Source: Candidatus Poribacteria bacterium
GTDB lineage: Bacteria > Poribacteria > WGA-4E > WGA-3G
DNA: 64,000 nucleotides
NCBI GenBank assembly: GCA_965205025.1
Contig: CBDBFU010000031.1
Coordinates: 49,045-113,044, forward strand
Direction: 5' to 3'
Shown: positions 1 to 10,424 of the stretch, piece by piece
How the letters are laid out: each line of letters opens with the position of its first letter
Position numbering within the stretch: position 1 is the stretch's first letter
Notes under the pieces: model-generated
Seen by the model: only the letters and a program-made list of their open reading frames with translations
What the model was told of the DNA's origin: nothing
The model's database searches: none
Position numbers and translations under genes: made by a program

Positions 1-15
1 TGGAATATAGCAAGA

Positions 16-1134
16 ATGTATGGTGAACCTGAGGATATGTTTAAGTATACACAGAATGGGAAATCCGTTGAAGAATGGATGTATTGGACCAGAGGATTAG
101 GCTTTACATTTGAAGCAGATGGATCTGGGTGGAAACTTAAAGAGAAAAAAGAATTCAAACCGAATTCAGATAATATACTACAAGATACTAAACAAACTGA
201 AATAGAGAACAAAGATAACAACAATTTCAAGGATGATATTCCAATTAATGTAAACCCATCAACCTTCTCACTTGCTGCAGATAAGGTTTCTATATTTTAT
301 AGTCATGATGGTGTCTTATGGAGGATCGCTCCTTCCACAGGAATAATTCAGCCAGATAATAAACAGGGTGAACAACTCTCCAAACTTATAGATTCGCGAG
401 TTGCCCCTCTGGGTGCAGGTTTCAATCCATCAGTCTCTGACAATGGTGCATTGGTTTATCATGATCTTGATAACAATGTGATTCTTCAGGATGTTATTAC
501 AGGAAATAGAACAATTCTTTTAGATAGCCGTGAACTTGCTAATGATGTAACAATTTCTCCTGATGGTGAATATATCGCATATTCTTTATCTAAAAGTCCT
601 GAACGTAGTCGTATTCTTATACGACATATCCGTACAGATAAGGTATTCCAAATTCCTTCAACAGCAATGGAAATGACGAACCCTTCATGGAGAAGAGATG
701 GAAAAATGATTGCTTATGCTACTGCTGGCACAATCGAGAATCCAAACTCAAAGGACAATAGAAATATTTATGCCTACGATCAAGTTAACAATAGTATAAA
801 ACCCGTAGTAATATCATCAGCAGATGATGCTGAACCTTCTTGGCATCCAACAGAAACAAACATCCTTGCTTTCTCCAGAAGTAAAGATGGACAAACACGT
901 CAAATATGGTTAGTAACCTATTCATCCGATGGAAAACCTACAGAAAGGAAAATCACAGAAATGGGAGGAAGTAAACCTGTCTGGGTTCCATCTCAGGGAA
1001 GTTGGTTACTCTATGAAAACAATGGACAAATATGGACAGTTGATATCCATAATCTTGGCAGTGAATCACCATTAATGAGTAATGGTAAAGTTGTATTTGG
1101 CTATCAACCAGTAGCAATTATATCGGAGAAGTAA
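16..1134 (+). CDS. TolB-like / PD40-repeat beta-propeller protein (probably 5'-truncated by window edge)
   Basis: Repeated PD40-like motifs: ISPDGEYIAYS, PSWRRDGKMIAY, EPSWHP, KPVWVP. Confidence 0.75.
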   Translation: MYGEPEDMFKYTQNGKSVEEWMYWTRGLGFTFEADGSGWKLKEKKEFKPNSDNILQDTKQTEIENKDNNNFKDDIPINVNPSTFSLAADKVSIFYSHDGVLWRIAPSTGIIQPDNKQGEQLSKLIDSRVAPLGAGFNPSVSDNGALVYHDLDNNVILQDVITGNRTILLDSRELANDVTISPDGEYIAYSLSKSPERSRILIRHIRTDKVFQIPSTAMEMTNPSWRRDGKMIAYATAGTIENPNSKDNRNIYAYDQVNNSIKPVVISSADDAEPSWHPTETNILAFSRSKDGQTRQIWLVTYSSDGKPTERKITEMGGSKPVWVPSQGSWLLYENNGQIWTVDIHNLGSESPLMSNGKVVFGYQPVAIISEK

Positions 1135-1138
1135 AATC

Positions 1139-2452
1139 ATGTTAAAAAACAATTCGGTAATCTTTTTACTAATATTCTTTATATTTCTTGTAGTTGTTAT
1201 CTCTAATGGATCAGCACAATTCTTACTTGTTCCAATGGATAACACCCAGACAAATCATCTGAAGGCTTATGGATTAACTTACTGGGCATTAGATGTACCC
1301 CGCGAATATTCATGCTTTTGGTGGTTAAATTATCGTGGCGGGTCATTCGTTATACCCAATGCCCCAAATGTCAAAATACGGGCTATACAGATGGGAGTAA
1401 CAGTGGAAGCAATGACTCGTGCTGAATATCAGACAATTAAAGATACTGTCATACAGACAGAAAATATGGAGGAGATTCTATTAGAAAAAGCCCCTAAAAT
1501 TGCCGTTTATGCTCCACCAGAAAAATCACCATATCAAGATCCATGGGATGATGCAGTCAAGATTGCTTTAGATTATGCGGATATTCCCTATGATCAAATT
1601 TGGGACTCAGATGTTCAAGAAGGATTATTACAAATAAAGGAATACGACTGGTTACATTTACACCACGAAGATTTCACAGGACAGCACGGTAAGTTCCATG
1701 CATCCTTTTCAAGACAGGTATGGTATCAGCAACGTATAGCTCTTTTTGAAGAGGCAGCATCTGAAGCAGGATTTAAAAGAGTACCAAGACATAAAGGACA
1801 GACCGCATTAGATATAGCAAATTATGTCGCAAATGGAGGGTTTATTTTTGCTATGTGTTCTGCACCTGAAACTTTGGATATTGCATTGGCAACTAAGGGG
1901 GGTGAAATAGATATAGTTGACCCAGTGTTAGATGCATCCCCACTTGCACCAGATTTCCAGGAGAATTTGGATTATGACAATACTTTTGCCTTTGAGAATT
2001 TTACGCTCTATCCAAATCCTAATAGATATGAATTTTCTGATATAGATAATCCTAATCCTGAACGCAGTCAACAAACAGGGGTAGAAGATTTCCAATTGTT
2101 TGAATTTTCTGCCAAACACGATCCTATTCCAACTATGTTAACTCAAAACCATGTTTCTGAAGTGCCGGGTTTTCTTGGGCAAACTACATCCTTCAACTTA
2201 GATAGGATCAATCCTTCCATAACTATTTTAGCTAAAATCGAAGGATCAAACTATGCAAAATATATACATGGAACATTAGGAAAAGGAACTTTTACTTTCT
2301 TGGGTGGACATGATCCAGAAGATTACCGACACCTTGTTGGGGAAGGCAAGATACCAACAAATTTAGATTTACATAAACATTCACCTGGCTATCGTTTGAT
2401 TTTAAATAACATACTATTTCCTGCCGCTCGTAAGAAACCACAAAAAACATAA
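1139..2452 (+). CDS. Secreted conserved protein with class I glutamine amidotransferase-like fold (family often labelled 'asparagine synthetase B' in Bacteroidota)
   Basis: Signal peptide; motifs HLKAYGLTYW, WLLNYRGGSF-like, YDWLHLHHEDFTGQHGKF, GGFIFAMCSA, GGHDPEDY, SPGYRLILNNILFPAA. Confidence 0.65.
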   Translation: MLKNNSVIFLLIFFIFLVVVISNGSAQFLLVPMDNTQTNHLKAYGLTYWALDVPREYSCFWWLNYRGGSFVIPNAPNVKIRAIQMGVTVEAMTRAEYQTIKDTVIQTENMEEILLEKAPKIAVYAPPEKSPYQDPWDDAVKIALDYADIPYDQIWDSDVQEGLLQIKEYDWLHLHHEDFTGQHGKFHASFSRQVWYQQRIALFEEAASEAGFKRVPRHKGQTALDIANYVANGGFIFAMCSAPETLDIALATKGGEIDIVDPVLDASPLAPDFQENLDYDNTFAFENFTLYPNPNRYEFSDIDNPNPERSQQTGVEDFQLFEFSAKHDPIPTMLTQNHVSEVPGFLGQTTSFNLDRINPSITILAKIEGSNYAKYIHGTLGKGTFTFLGGHDPEDYRHLVGEGKIPTNLDLHKHSPGYRLILNNILFPAARKKPQKT

Positions 2453-2519
2453 ACTATAGGTTTTTATTCACTCACCCCAATTACCAAAAACAAATAATCA
2501 TGATTAAGTTATCATAACA

Positions 2520-4625
2520 ATGAAAGCAACTCTGGCAACTTGCAACCTTAATCAATGGGCACTTGACTTCGATGGTAATTGTGATCGTATAATTGAATCA
2601 ATTATACAAGCCAAAGAAAAAGGTGCAAGATACCGTCTTGGATCAGAACTTGAAATAACAGGTTATTCCTGTGAAGATCATTTTCTTGAAGAGGATACGC
2701 TTCAACATAGTTGGGAATCACTTGGTAAAATTATAAGTAGTGGACATACAGATGATATTCTCTGTGATATCGGTATGCCTGTGATGTACCAAAGTATTCG
2801 ATATAATTGCCGAGTATTCATCTGTAATGGTGAAATTCTCCTCATACGACCTAAAATGGTATTAGCTACAGAAGGAAATTATCGTGAACCCAGATGGTTC
2901 GTTCCTTGGCAAAAAAAGTGGAAAATTGAGAACTTTCGATTACCTTCAGAATTACAAGAAATTACAAAGCAGACAACAGTTCCATTTGGGTGTGCTGTCA
3001 TAGAAACACAGGACACAGTCATTGCATCTGAGACCTGTGAGGAGTTGTTTGCACCATTCTCACCACATATTGAATTAGCTTCCAACGGAGTAGAGATTAT
3101 ATCGAACGGATCAGGTTCACATCACGAACTACGTAAACTTGATACACGTTTATCATTGATTCGAAATGCTACAGAAAAATGTGGTGGTGTCTATTTATAT
3201 GCAAATCAGCAGGGATGTGATGGTGGTAGACTCTACTTTGATGGATGTGCATCTATTGCACAAAATGGACATATTCTCGCACAGGGTTCTCAGTTTTCTA
3301 TTAATGAGATCGAAGTTGTCACTGCTACAGTTAATTTAGTTGATGTTAGATCCTATCGTGGTTCACGCATGAGTGGGGCTGTTCAGACAAGTCGTGCATC
3401 TACCATACCACGCATTTTTGTAGATTTTCTAATCTCAGATACCGAAAAACGTAATGTCACTATACCAATAACACAACTCAAAATATACATACCTGAAGAA
3501 GAAATCGCCTATGGTCCAGCATGTTGGTTATGGGATTATCTAAGGAGATCGGAAGCCGCTGGATATTTCATCCCACTATCAGGTGGATCGGATAGTGGTG
3601 CTGTAGCAACTATTGTTGGATCTATGTGCCAACTCGTAGCAAAAGCTATTCTTGATGGTGTACCCCAAGTCACACAGGATATTCAAAGAATGTTTGGGGA
3701 TAAATTCTTAGAGAAAATCAAAGCAGACTTTCAGGATGTAATGCAAGCATCACAATATATTGCAAATCACTTATTATATACTTGTTACATGGGAACTTCA
3801 AATAGTTCACCAGATACCCGTCAACGAGCAAAACAGTTAGCAAGTGAAATTGGGAGTTATCATCTGAATATAGATATAGATTCTCTGGTAAGTAATCTTA
3901 GGAAGCTTTTTAGTAATATCACAGGAAAGACACCACAGTTTAAAACTGAAGGTGGAAGTTTAGTAGAAAATCAAGCACTTCAAAATATACAAGCACGTCT
4001 CCGTATGGTAATTAGTTATCTCTTTGCTCAAACTTTACCTTGGGTCCGAAGTAGAAAAGGAACGTTACTTGTCCTGGGTACAGGAAATGTTGATGAAGCA
4101 CTACGAGGTTATTTAACAAAATATGATTGTAGTAGTGCTGACATCAATCCTATAGGTGGTATCAGTAAAACAGACCTACGTAGTTTTCTCAGATGGGCAC
4201 AAGAGAATTTAGGATACCCAAGTCTTGAGAACATAATTGAAGCACCACCCACTGCTGAATTGGAACCTATTACAGAAACATATACACAAACTGATGAAGA
4301 AGACATGGGAATGACCTATGATGAGTTGAGTAGATTTGGTCAACTTCGTAAAGTTGATAGATGTGGTCCTGTGAGTATGTTTGAGAAACTCGTTGAGGAA
4401 TGGAATCATATACCCCCATCTGAAGTCGCCGAGAAGGTAAAACACTTCTTCCGAAATTACTCTATAAATCGTCATAAAATGACGACATTAACACCCTCAT
4501 ACCATGCAGAATCTTATTCACCAGATGATAATAGGTTTGATCTACGTCAATTTTTATATAATACTCGTTGGAATCGACAATTCTATAAGATTGACAAACT
4601 GGTAGAGGAGATTGAGGAGAAATGA
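2520..4625 (+). CDS. nadE: Glutamine-dependent NAD+ synthetase, eukaryote-type (QNS1/NADSYN1-like)
   Basis: N-terminal nitrilase/CN-hydrolase domain (ELEITGY, RPKM, ETCEEL) plus synthetase domain with PP-loop LSGGSDS, NIQARLRM, TKYDCSSADINPIGGISK. Confidence 0.95.
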   Translation: MKATLATCNLNQWALDFDGNCDRIIESIIQAKEKGARYRLGSELEITGYSCEDHFLEEDTLQHSWESLGKIISSGHTDDILCDIGMPVMYQSIRYNCRVFICNGEILLIRPKMVLATEGNYREPRWFVPWQKKWKIENFRLPSELQEITKQTTVPFGCAVIETQDTVIASETCEELFAPFSPHIELASNGVEIISNGSGSHHELRKLDTRLSLIRNATEKCGGVYLYANQQGCDGGRLYFDGCASIAQNGHILAQGSQFSINEIEVVTATVNLVDVRSYRGSRMSGAVQTSRASTIPRIFVDFLISDTEKRNVTIPITQLKIYIPEEEIAYGPACWLWDYLRRSEAAGYFIPLSGGSDSGAVATIVGSMCQLVAKAILDGVPQVTQDIQRMFGDKFLEKIKADFQDVMQASQYIANHLLYTCYMGTSNSSPDTRQRAKQLASEIGSYHLNIDIDSLVSNLRKLFSNITGKTPQFKTEGGSLVENQALQNIQARLRMVISYLFAQTLPWVRSRKGTLLVLGTGNVDEALRGYLTKYDCSSADINPIGGISKTDLRSFLRWAQENLGYPSLENIIEAPPTAELEPITETYTQTDEEDMGMTYDELSRFGQLRKVDRCGPVSMFEKLVEEWNHIPPSEVAEKVKHFFRNYSINRHKMTTLTPSYHAESYSPDDNRFDLRQFLYNTRWNRQFYKIDKLVEEIEEK

Positions 4626-6262
4626 ATTCCTATAGACTCCATATTACCAGAATTTATTTCTCAGTGATTGTCTACTGTTTCAGCATACTATTTCTCATAC
4701 CAAACATAATATATGCAGTACCAAACCCACCTATGGATTTACAGGGATGGGTAATGGATACACTTGGAAAACTTGAGGTATCTGGAATTACAGATGGTTT
4801 CCATAGAAATTCTCTGCCACTATCCCGGCATGATATAGCTAAGATAATCAAACAATCACAAATGAGAATCAATTCAGGAGAAGTCACTCTATCTCAGATT
4901 GATAGAAAATTGTTGGAAAAACTAAAACGGGAATTCGATAGTGAATTAGCACACATCAATATATTCAATCAAGAATCTACCACTATACAGGAGTCAGACC
5001 TTAGGATTGATGGACAAATTAGAGGTACAGATCAATCAATTGCCCCTGGCTTACAGACAGGCTTTCATTATACAATAGGCAACAGAAATAACAAAATAAC
5101 TGTTTATTCCGAATTGGAAGTATCGAATTTTAAACAAAGGCAGGATTTTGTAGAGAGTTTTTTTCTACCAAAACCACCTATACTTCTGAAATCCGCTGAT
5201 CAAAGATATGAAAAATGGCATGCTGATTATGTCGTTGACTTCAAGCGGAGTTACCTTCAATACAGTATATCGGCATTTGAAAATACTGAATTTAATCTAT
5301 TAGTTGGGAGAGATTACATCTATTGGGGAAGTAGTCCTTATAAATCAGTAGGAATCTCAGATAACTCACCCCCCTTTGAACTCATCCGACTAACAGCTAC
5401 AATTCCATGCAAAATAGGAATACTCAAGGCAACATCATTCTCTGCTCAACTTAATTCAACTTGGTATGATGACGGAACGAAACGTTATCTTGCTAAACGT
5501 TATCTAAGTGCACATAGACTTGATTATCAACACAGTGATTGGCTTGAAATTGGTGTATCAGAATCTGTGCTCTACGGTGGTGATACCCAAACTATGGATT
5601 GGCACTATCTAAACCCAGTAATACCTTATTATGCAGTTCAGTATAATGCTGTTAAAGATGACAATCTAATGTTAGGTTTTGATGCATCTGTTAAACCAAT
5701 TGTCGGTTTACGCCTTTATGCAGAGTGGCTTGCAGATGACTTTCAGTATCAAAGTGATTCTAATGATCCACATGCTGTAACCTGGCTTACAGGATTTGAA
5801 TGGTATCCGCAACTTTTAAAAAGACAATTAGGTGTAAATTCTGAATATGTACGTGTAAATCGATGGGCATATACACATCTTATACCAGATAACGAATTCA
5901 CTCATTTCGGCTCAATGATAGGTCATCCAATTGGTACAGATGCAGACATTTTCACAATTAATATAGCCTATGATGCTACATCTTCAGCACGAATAATTAC
6001 TCGTTTTAGTCATCAAAGGAATGGAGAAGCTGATATAATGGATCGATTCCACGGTGAGGACTATCTGAATATACCTTTTCCATCAGGAATCGTTGAAAGA
6101 ATGTCTGAGTTACGAATTGGTTGGAGGTATAGACCCAATTCAGCATTTTATGGTTCAATTGACTATTCATGGCTTATCATACAAGATGTCGAACACATCA
6201 AAGATAATACTGAGCAACAACATCGTATTGTTTTAATGTTAGCGTATGCATGGAAAAATTAG
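4622..6262 (+). CDS. Capsule assembly Wzi-family outer membrane beta-barrel protein
   Basis: Signal peptide; LLVGRDYIYWG, SAHRLDY, LEIGVSESVLYGG, YLNP, IGHPIG motifs; aromatic C-terminal strand; ATGA overlap with nadE. Confidence 0.75.
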   Translation: MNSYRLHITRIYFSVIVYCFSILFLIPNIIYAVPNPPMDLQGWVMDTLGKLEVSGITDGFHRNSLPLSRHDIAKIIKQSQMRINSGEVTLSQIDRKLLEKLKREFDSELAHINIFNQESTTIQESDLRIDGQIRGTDQSIAPGLQTGFHYTIGNRNNKITVYSELEVSNFKQRQDFVESFFLPKPPILLKSADQRYEKWHADYVVDFKRSYLQYSISAFENTEFNLLVGRDYIYWGSSPYKSVGISDNSPPFELIRLTATIPCKIGILKATSFSAQLNSTWYDDGTKRYLAKRYLSAHRLDYQHSDWLEIGVSESVLYGGDTQTMDWHYLNPVIPYYAVQYNAVKDDNLMLGFDASVKPIVGLRLYAEWLADDFQYQSDSNDPHAVTWLTGFEWYPQLLKRQLGVNSEYVRVNRWAYTHLIPDNEFTHFGSMIGHPIGTDADIFTINIAYDATSSARIITRFSHQRNGEADIMDRFHGEDYLNIPFPSGIVERMSELRIGWRYRPNSAFYGSIDYSWLIIQDVEHIKDNTEQQHRIVLMLAYAWKN

Positions 6263-6276
6263 GGTGACACTGACTT

Positions 6277-6966
6277 ATGCTCAAGATGACAAAACGTGCT
6301 GTTATACGTTCCTTAATTTGTTTGTTATTAATATTGGGATTCACTTTAGTGATTCGTGATTGGGTAGGAATTCGTCTGCTAACTACTACACCAAAGATTC
6401 TCAAATACCGTCCAATAATACAAAAACACGCATCACAACAGAAACTGGATTGGCTGCTTATCACTGCTTTGATTATTCAAGAATCTGGGTTTAATGAAAA
6501 TGCTGTAAGTTCAGCCGGTGCGAAAGGTTTAGCACAACTCATGCCTAATACAGCAAAAGAATTGGGCATTTCTGATCCGTTTCACTCTGAAAATAGTATT
6601 GAAGGCGCATCACGTTATCTTCGAAGTTTGTACGACTTATATCCAGATAGTTCCCATCCTGATCGTATACGAATTGCCTTAGCAAGCTACAATGGTGGTC
6701 GTGGTCATATTCATGATGCTCAGAAAATTGCTATTCATCAAGAAGATGATCCTAATTCGTGGAAATCTATTAGTCATAGTATAAGTTTGCTTTCTGAGAA
6801 GAATAGAGATTTACATAGAAAAGTTTGGAGTGATGGAATACCACCCCATGGTTATTTTGAGGGTTTCCGTGAGACACAATCCTATGTAGAAAAGGTAATG
6901 ATGTATTATGAAAGACTCTGTTATCTCTCTGATATAGTCAAGAAGATAAAATTCTCTTCAACTTAA
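6277..6966 (+). CDS. Lytic transglycosylase (SLT domain, MltF-like catalytic domain)
   Basis: N-terminal TM helix; IIQESGF, GAKGLAQLMP, ALASYNGG, ETQSYV motifs. Confidence 0.9.
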   Translation: MLKMTKRAVIRSLICLLLILGFTLVIRDWVGIRLLTTTPKILKYRPIIQKHASQQKLDWLLITALIIQESGFNENAVSSAGAKGLAQLMPNTAKELGISDPFHSENSIEGASRYLRSLYDLYPDSSHPDRIRIALASYNGGRGHIHDAQKIAIHQEDDPNSWKSISHSISLLSEKNRDLHRKVWSDGIPPHGYFEGFRETQSYVEKVMMYYERLCYLSDIVKKIKFSST

Positions 6967-8087
6967 CTTTCTTCAATCGCTTCCACATTCGCTCGAGGTA
7001 GTGTTGTTGTTACTCCATTTTCAAATTCAACCTGCAATACTCGCACTTCCGCTTCTGTTTCGAGTTTCTGTAATCCAATAGGTAACTCAGTCACATGCCC
7101 TAATTTACCAAAGTGGGGTTCTCTGATGACTCTGACAGGACTACCAATCTCTAATGTACCTACACTGTTCTCATCTTGAATATCTTCTCCTTGAGAAACA
7201 TAAGGTATAAGAATCTCTGGTCGAACAACTCCTGCGCGTATTTGGGTTGCTCCATTTATGGATGTTTTCATTCCTTCACGGGACTTGAGAATTGCAAATG
7301 TACGCTCTGCCATAGCAATTGTTCCAAATCCTTCTGTGATGACAAGTGTTATACCAACTTCTTCAGATCCAGTTATAGCTACGCCAAGTTCATAACCGAG
7401 TAGTTCTCGTAAATCATCATCATCTATACCTCCTGCAATGAGTCCTTTTACACCAATATCAACAGCTTTCAGGATAGTTTCATTAGATACCAATGAACCA
7501 CCCACAAGAATCTGATCCCTATGCTCAGGTAATATATGCTCAGTCGTCAATATATCATTAGGTGAATTTACCACAACGTATAAGTTTCCAATAGTCTCTC
7601 CTCCAATACCGAAAATTCCTTGAATATAGGTCCCGTATGTCTCTACAGTAACTCCTTCATTGAGGACCGTTTCAGTGATTCTTCCATCCAAGTATGCTTT
7701 TACTTCTACTGGAATCGGGGGTTCACGAAGAATAACCTGTCCTGTTACATCAGAGATTGATTCGATTACTCCGTCAATCGGTGACCGTGCATGCGACTTG
7801 AATAAACCGAAAAGTCCTTTTGTCGATGCGATAATCTCATCCTTTGTAACAGAATCACCATTGGATTTAAGCATATTCTCTTCAATTTCGTTTGGTGTAA
7901 CACTCAGTAGATTAGCAATATTCACCAATTGAACATTCCCGGGTAAATCGGCTTTTGCGACAACGTCCTCAGCCTTAACATCCGAACCTGTCTCAACAAC
8001 AACTTCCCCTTCAAGTGGTAGACGTCGTTCTTTTTGAATTATTATTCCTTCTGTAACCTTTAGTCCTGGCGTATATGCATGTGCCAT
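6963..8087 (-). CDS. Conserved hypothetical protein with barrel-sandwich hybrid-like repeats and C-terminal KOW-like motif
   Basis: MAHAYTPGLKV start, ARSPIDGVIESIS, IQGIFGIGGE, TQIRAGVVRPE, GSPVRVIREPHFGKLG. Confidence 0.6.
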   Translation of the reverse strand: MAHAYTPGLKVTEGIIIQKERRLPLEGEVVVETGSDVKAEDVVAKADLPGNVQLVNIANLLSVTPNEIEENMLKSNGDSVTKDEIIASTKGLFGLFKSHARSPIDGVIESISDVTGQVILREPPIPVEVKAYLDGRITETVLNEGVTVETYGTYIQGIFGIGGETIGNLYVVVNSPNDILTTEHILPEHRDQILVGGSLVSNETILKAVDIGVKGLIAGGIDDDDLRELLGYELGVAITGSEEVGITLVITEGFGTIAMAERTFAILKSREGMKTSINGATQIRAGVVRPEILIPYVSQGEDIQDENSVGTLEIGSPVRVIREPHFGKLGHVTELPIGLQKLETEAEVRVLQVEFENGVTTTLPRANVEAIEES

Positions 8088-8469
8088 TAAATAACCTCAG
8101 TATTTATATAGTATTTCATTGTATATGTTGGTATCTATAAATGCATATCATATTATAACACTATATGATTACATTCTGTAATTGTTTTTATTTTATAGTA
8201 AAATATATCAAAATCATTGCTTGCTCTGAGGAGTGGAAAAAGACGCGGAATTGACAAGAAAAGAGGTCTTGATTTGTCAGTTGATGGCTGCTGAGAACAG
8301 AACGGTCTTTTTGTAAAGTCTAAAGCGAGATAACACCTCTCCCTGGTCAGGGGGTAGATTTTAGGTATTCTGTATGTCTTTAACCAAATATCGCCCATAC
8401 TGCACCTTTGAAGTCCGTAACCGTAGATTATATCTCTTGGGTGTTTCCACAAATTACAAAGAATTCAAG

Positions 8470-8625
8470 TGTACTGCCATCGGAAATTTAGACCGCTCTC
8501 TAAACCAAGTTAGTGAGATTATACACTCTCACTGCAAGGAAAATCCGATGACGAAACGAAAACGAAGAAGATTCTCCCCGAGTCTAAAGCGAAAGTTATC
8601 CCTGAGGTACTTAGCGTAGGCATTT
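8470..8625 (+). mobile_element. IS3-family remnant (left IR and frameshifted start of OrfA)
   Basis: TGTACTGCCATCGGAAATTTAGAC resembles an IS3/IS150 IRL; ATG at 8548 reads MTKRKRRRFSP and after a 1-nt shift ESKAKVIPEVLS, like the OrfA N-terminus. Confidence 0.6.
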
Positions 8626-8691
8626 CAATAAGGTTAGCAAATAGAACGATTAGACTCACAAGGAAGGAAAAAAGGTCCGCATCCCAAAAGA

Positions 8692-9129
8692 CTATCCAAT
8701 CGTAGCCAGAAATGCGTTGATCCCAGAAAAGTCACATCTGTTTACCAAGGACAGACCAAATGCCATCTTTAGACTCATCAAGATTACGAGCGGAAAACCA
8801 AACAATGTCTCTACCAACACCCGTCCCCTCATTTGTACGTATGAAGTTTTTAGGATAGAATTACGGAAAGGAGCATATAACCTCTTATCCATGAAAAAAT
8901 TGATTTCTATATTCAAATCAACTGCATCCGTATAATTCAGAGCAGACCAACGACTATAAAGTGCAGCACGAAACAAGGCTTCAATGTCGGAATAATAGCG
9001 ATTTTCTTCAATAAACAGAGGAATCAAACCCAAACATTTTAGAGATGGATTTTCAACTGAAGGTGGTGCCTCTTTCAAGTCTGGTAACTCATAAAAAGGA
9101 CGAAAACCCTCTTTTATATTTGGATTCAT
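8692..9129 (-). CDS. Hypothetical protein
   Basis: 145-aa ORF, no recognised motif. Confidence 0.35.
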   Translation of the reverse strand: MNPNIKEGFRPFYELPDLKEAPPSVENPSLKCLGLIPLFIEENRYYSDIEALFRAALYSRWSALNYTDAVDLNIEINFFMDKRLYAPFRNSILKTSYVQMRGRVLVETLFGFPLVILMSLKMAFGLSLVNRCDFSGINAFLATIG

Positions 9130-9175
9130 GCTATAATTATAGAATATAATACAAAAAATGCAAGAGGAAATATTT

Positions 9176-10195
9176 ATGAAATATAACAGATTATTGTTTA
9201 TCGTTTTTGTGCTGATTAGTTTAGGGATAATCAGTTGTTTTGACGAAGTAGAAAATCCAGTTGCCGTTTTAGAGGATATAACAACACAGGATGTGGCAGT
9301 CTTATCTCCACCACCAGATCACGTGTTTGAAGGAACAATGGCAGAATTCAGAGAAAGGAGAGAAGAGCTTTGGAAACAAGTATATACTAATACGGGGCCC
9401 GAAGAATGGAGAGCCGAATTTAAAAAAGAACTTGAAGAACAAAAACTTAAAGGCACCCCTATAGAAGAATTTAGTTTGCTTCCATTACAAAGGGCATTTT
9501 ATACGAAATACATTGACGCAGACGGTATCGCTATTATAGCACCAGAAGGCGTAGACGATGAATTTATGCTACTGGCAAGAGAAGCTATTTTAGTGATGAC
9601 ATCCAAACGACCAGAACTCCGAGAAAGACTCCGTAAAAGCTATTACAATGTTTTAGTCCCAGATGATTTTACAAGAACAGGAGCAAAAGCATGGTGGAAA
9701 TTACCAGAACTTGTCGGGAACATTCCAACTTCTATAGCAGGAAGTTGCATATCATCAATGGGACCAACCATGCCACACGTCGTAGGATTTTGTTTTTCAA
9801 AACTAAATTCGTGGCAGTTGAGCAACGGACTAAATTTAAAAACATTTATTCACGAATTCGCCCATGCATTAGATTTTGAAATACAGAGATTAGACCCAGA
9901 CTTTAGAGCAAAATTATTGAAGGCTTACGAATCAGACCCAGAAGGTTTTTATTGTAAAAAGCCATGTCCTTCAGGTTTTTTTTCTGTAGCAGAATACTGG
10001 GCATACGCCGTAACAGAATGGTTTCTACATATAGGTCCCTATCGACGCAATAAAAGCCTTGAAGACTTCAGAAAAGCACATCCCATGCTAACTGAATTAA
10101 TGCTGGAATGGCTACCAAGAATGTCATTGCAATTTGTATCAATAAAATATGGTGAATTCGACGAAAACCTTGAAACCCTCGGAACGCATTTTTAA
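9176..10195 (+). CDS. Lipoprotein zinc metallopeptidase (HEXXH, lethal-factor/PPEP-like gluzincin)
   Basis: GAGG RBS before ATG 9176; lipobox IISC; FIHEFAHALD and downstream VAEYWA. Confidence 0.7.
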   Translation: MKYNRLLFIVFVLISLGIISCFDEVENPVAVLEDITTQDVAVLSPPPDHVFEGTMAEFRERREELWKQVYTNTGPEEWRAEFKKELEEQKLKGTPIEEFSLLPLQRAFYTKYIDADGIAIIAPEGVDDEFMLLAREAILVMTSKRPELRERLRKSYYNVLVPDDFTRTGAKAWWKLPELVGNIPTSIAGSCISSMGPTMPHVVGFCFSKLNSWQLSNGLNLKTFIHEFAHALDFEIQRLDPDFRAKLLKAYESDPEGFYCKKPCPSGFFSVAEYWAYAVTEWFLHIGPYRRNKSLEDFRKAHPMLTELMLEWLPRMSLQFVSIKYGEFDENLETLGTHF

Positions 10196-10196
10196 G

Positions 10197-10424
10197 ATGG
10201 ATGACATAATAGAATACATATTTACCGCAATCTTTTATATATTCGCTGCAATCTTTATTATTGTTATCTTCACTGGATTATTTCTTTGGATTAGGGATAA
10301 ATTTTGGGAACTGTTTCAAAAGGACGAAGTACTTATCGGATTAATTATAAGTTCTATTGGATGCGTTTTAGTAATAGCAGCAGGCGTTGTACTTGGAATG
10401 CTAATTTTTAGAGGTTGTTTTTAA
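10197..10424 (+). CDS. Small two-TM membrane protein
   Basis: ATG 1 nt after the peptidase stop; two strongly hydrophobic segments. Confidence 0.5.
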   Translation: MDDIIEYIFTAIFYIFAAIFIIVIFTGLFLWIRDKFWELFQKDEVLIGLIISSIGCVLVIAAGVVLGMLIFRGCF

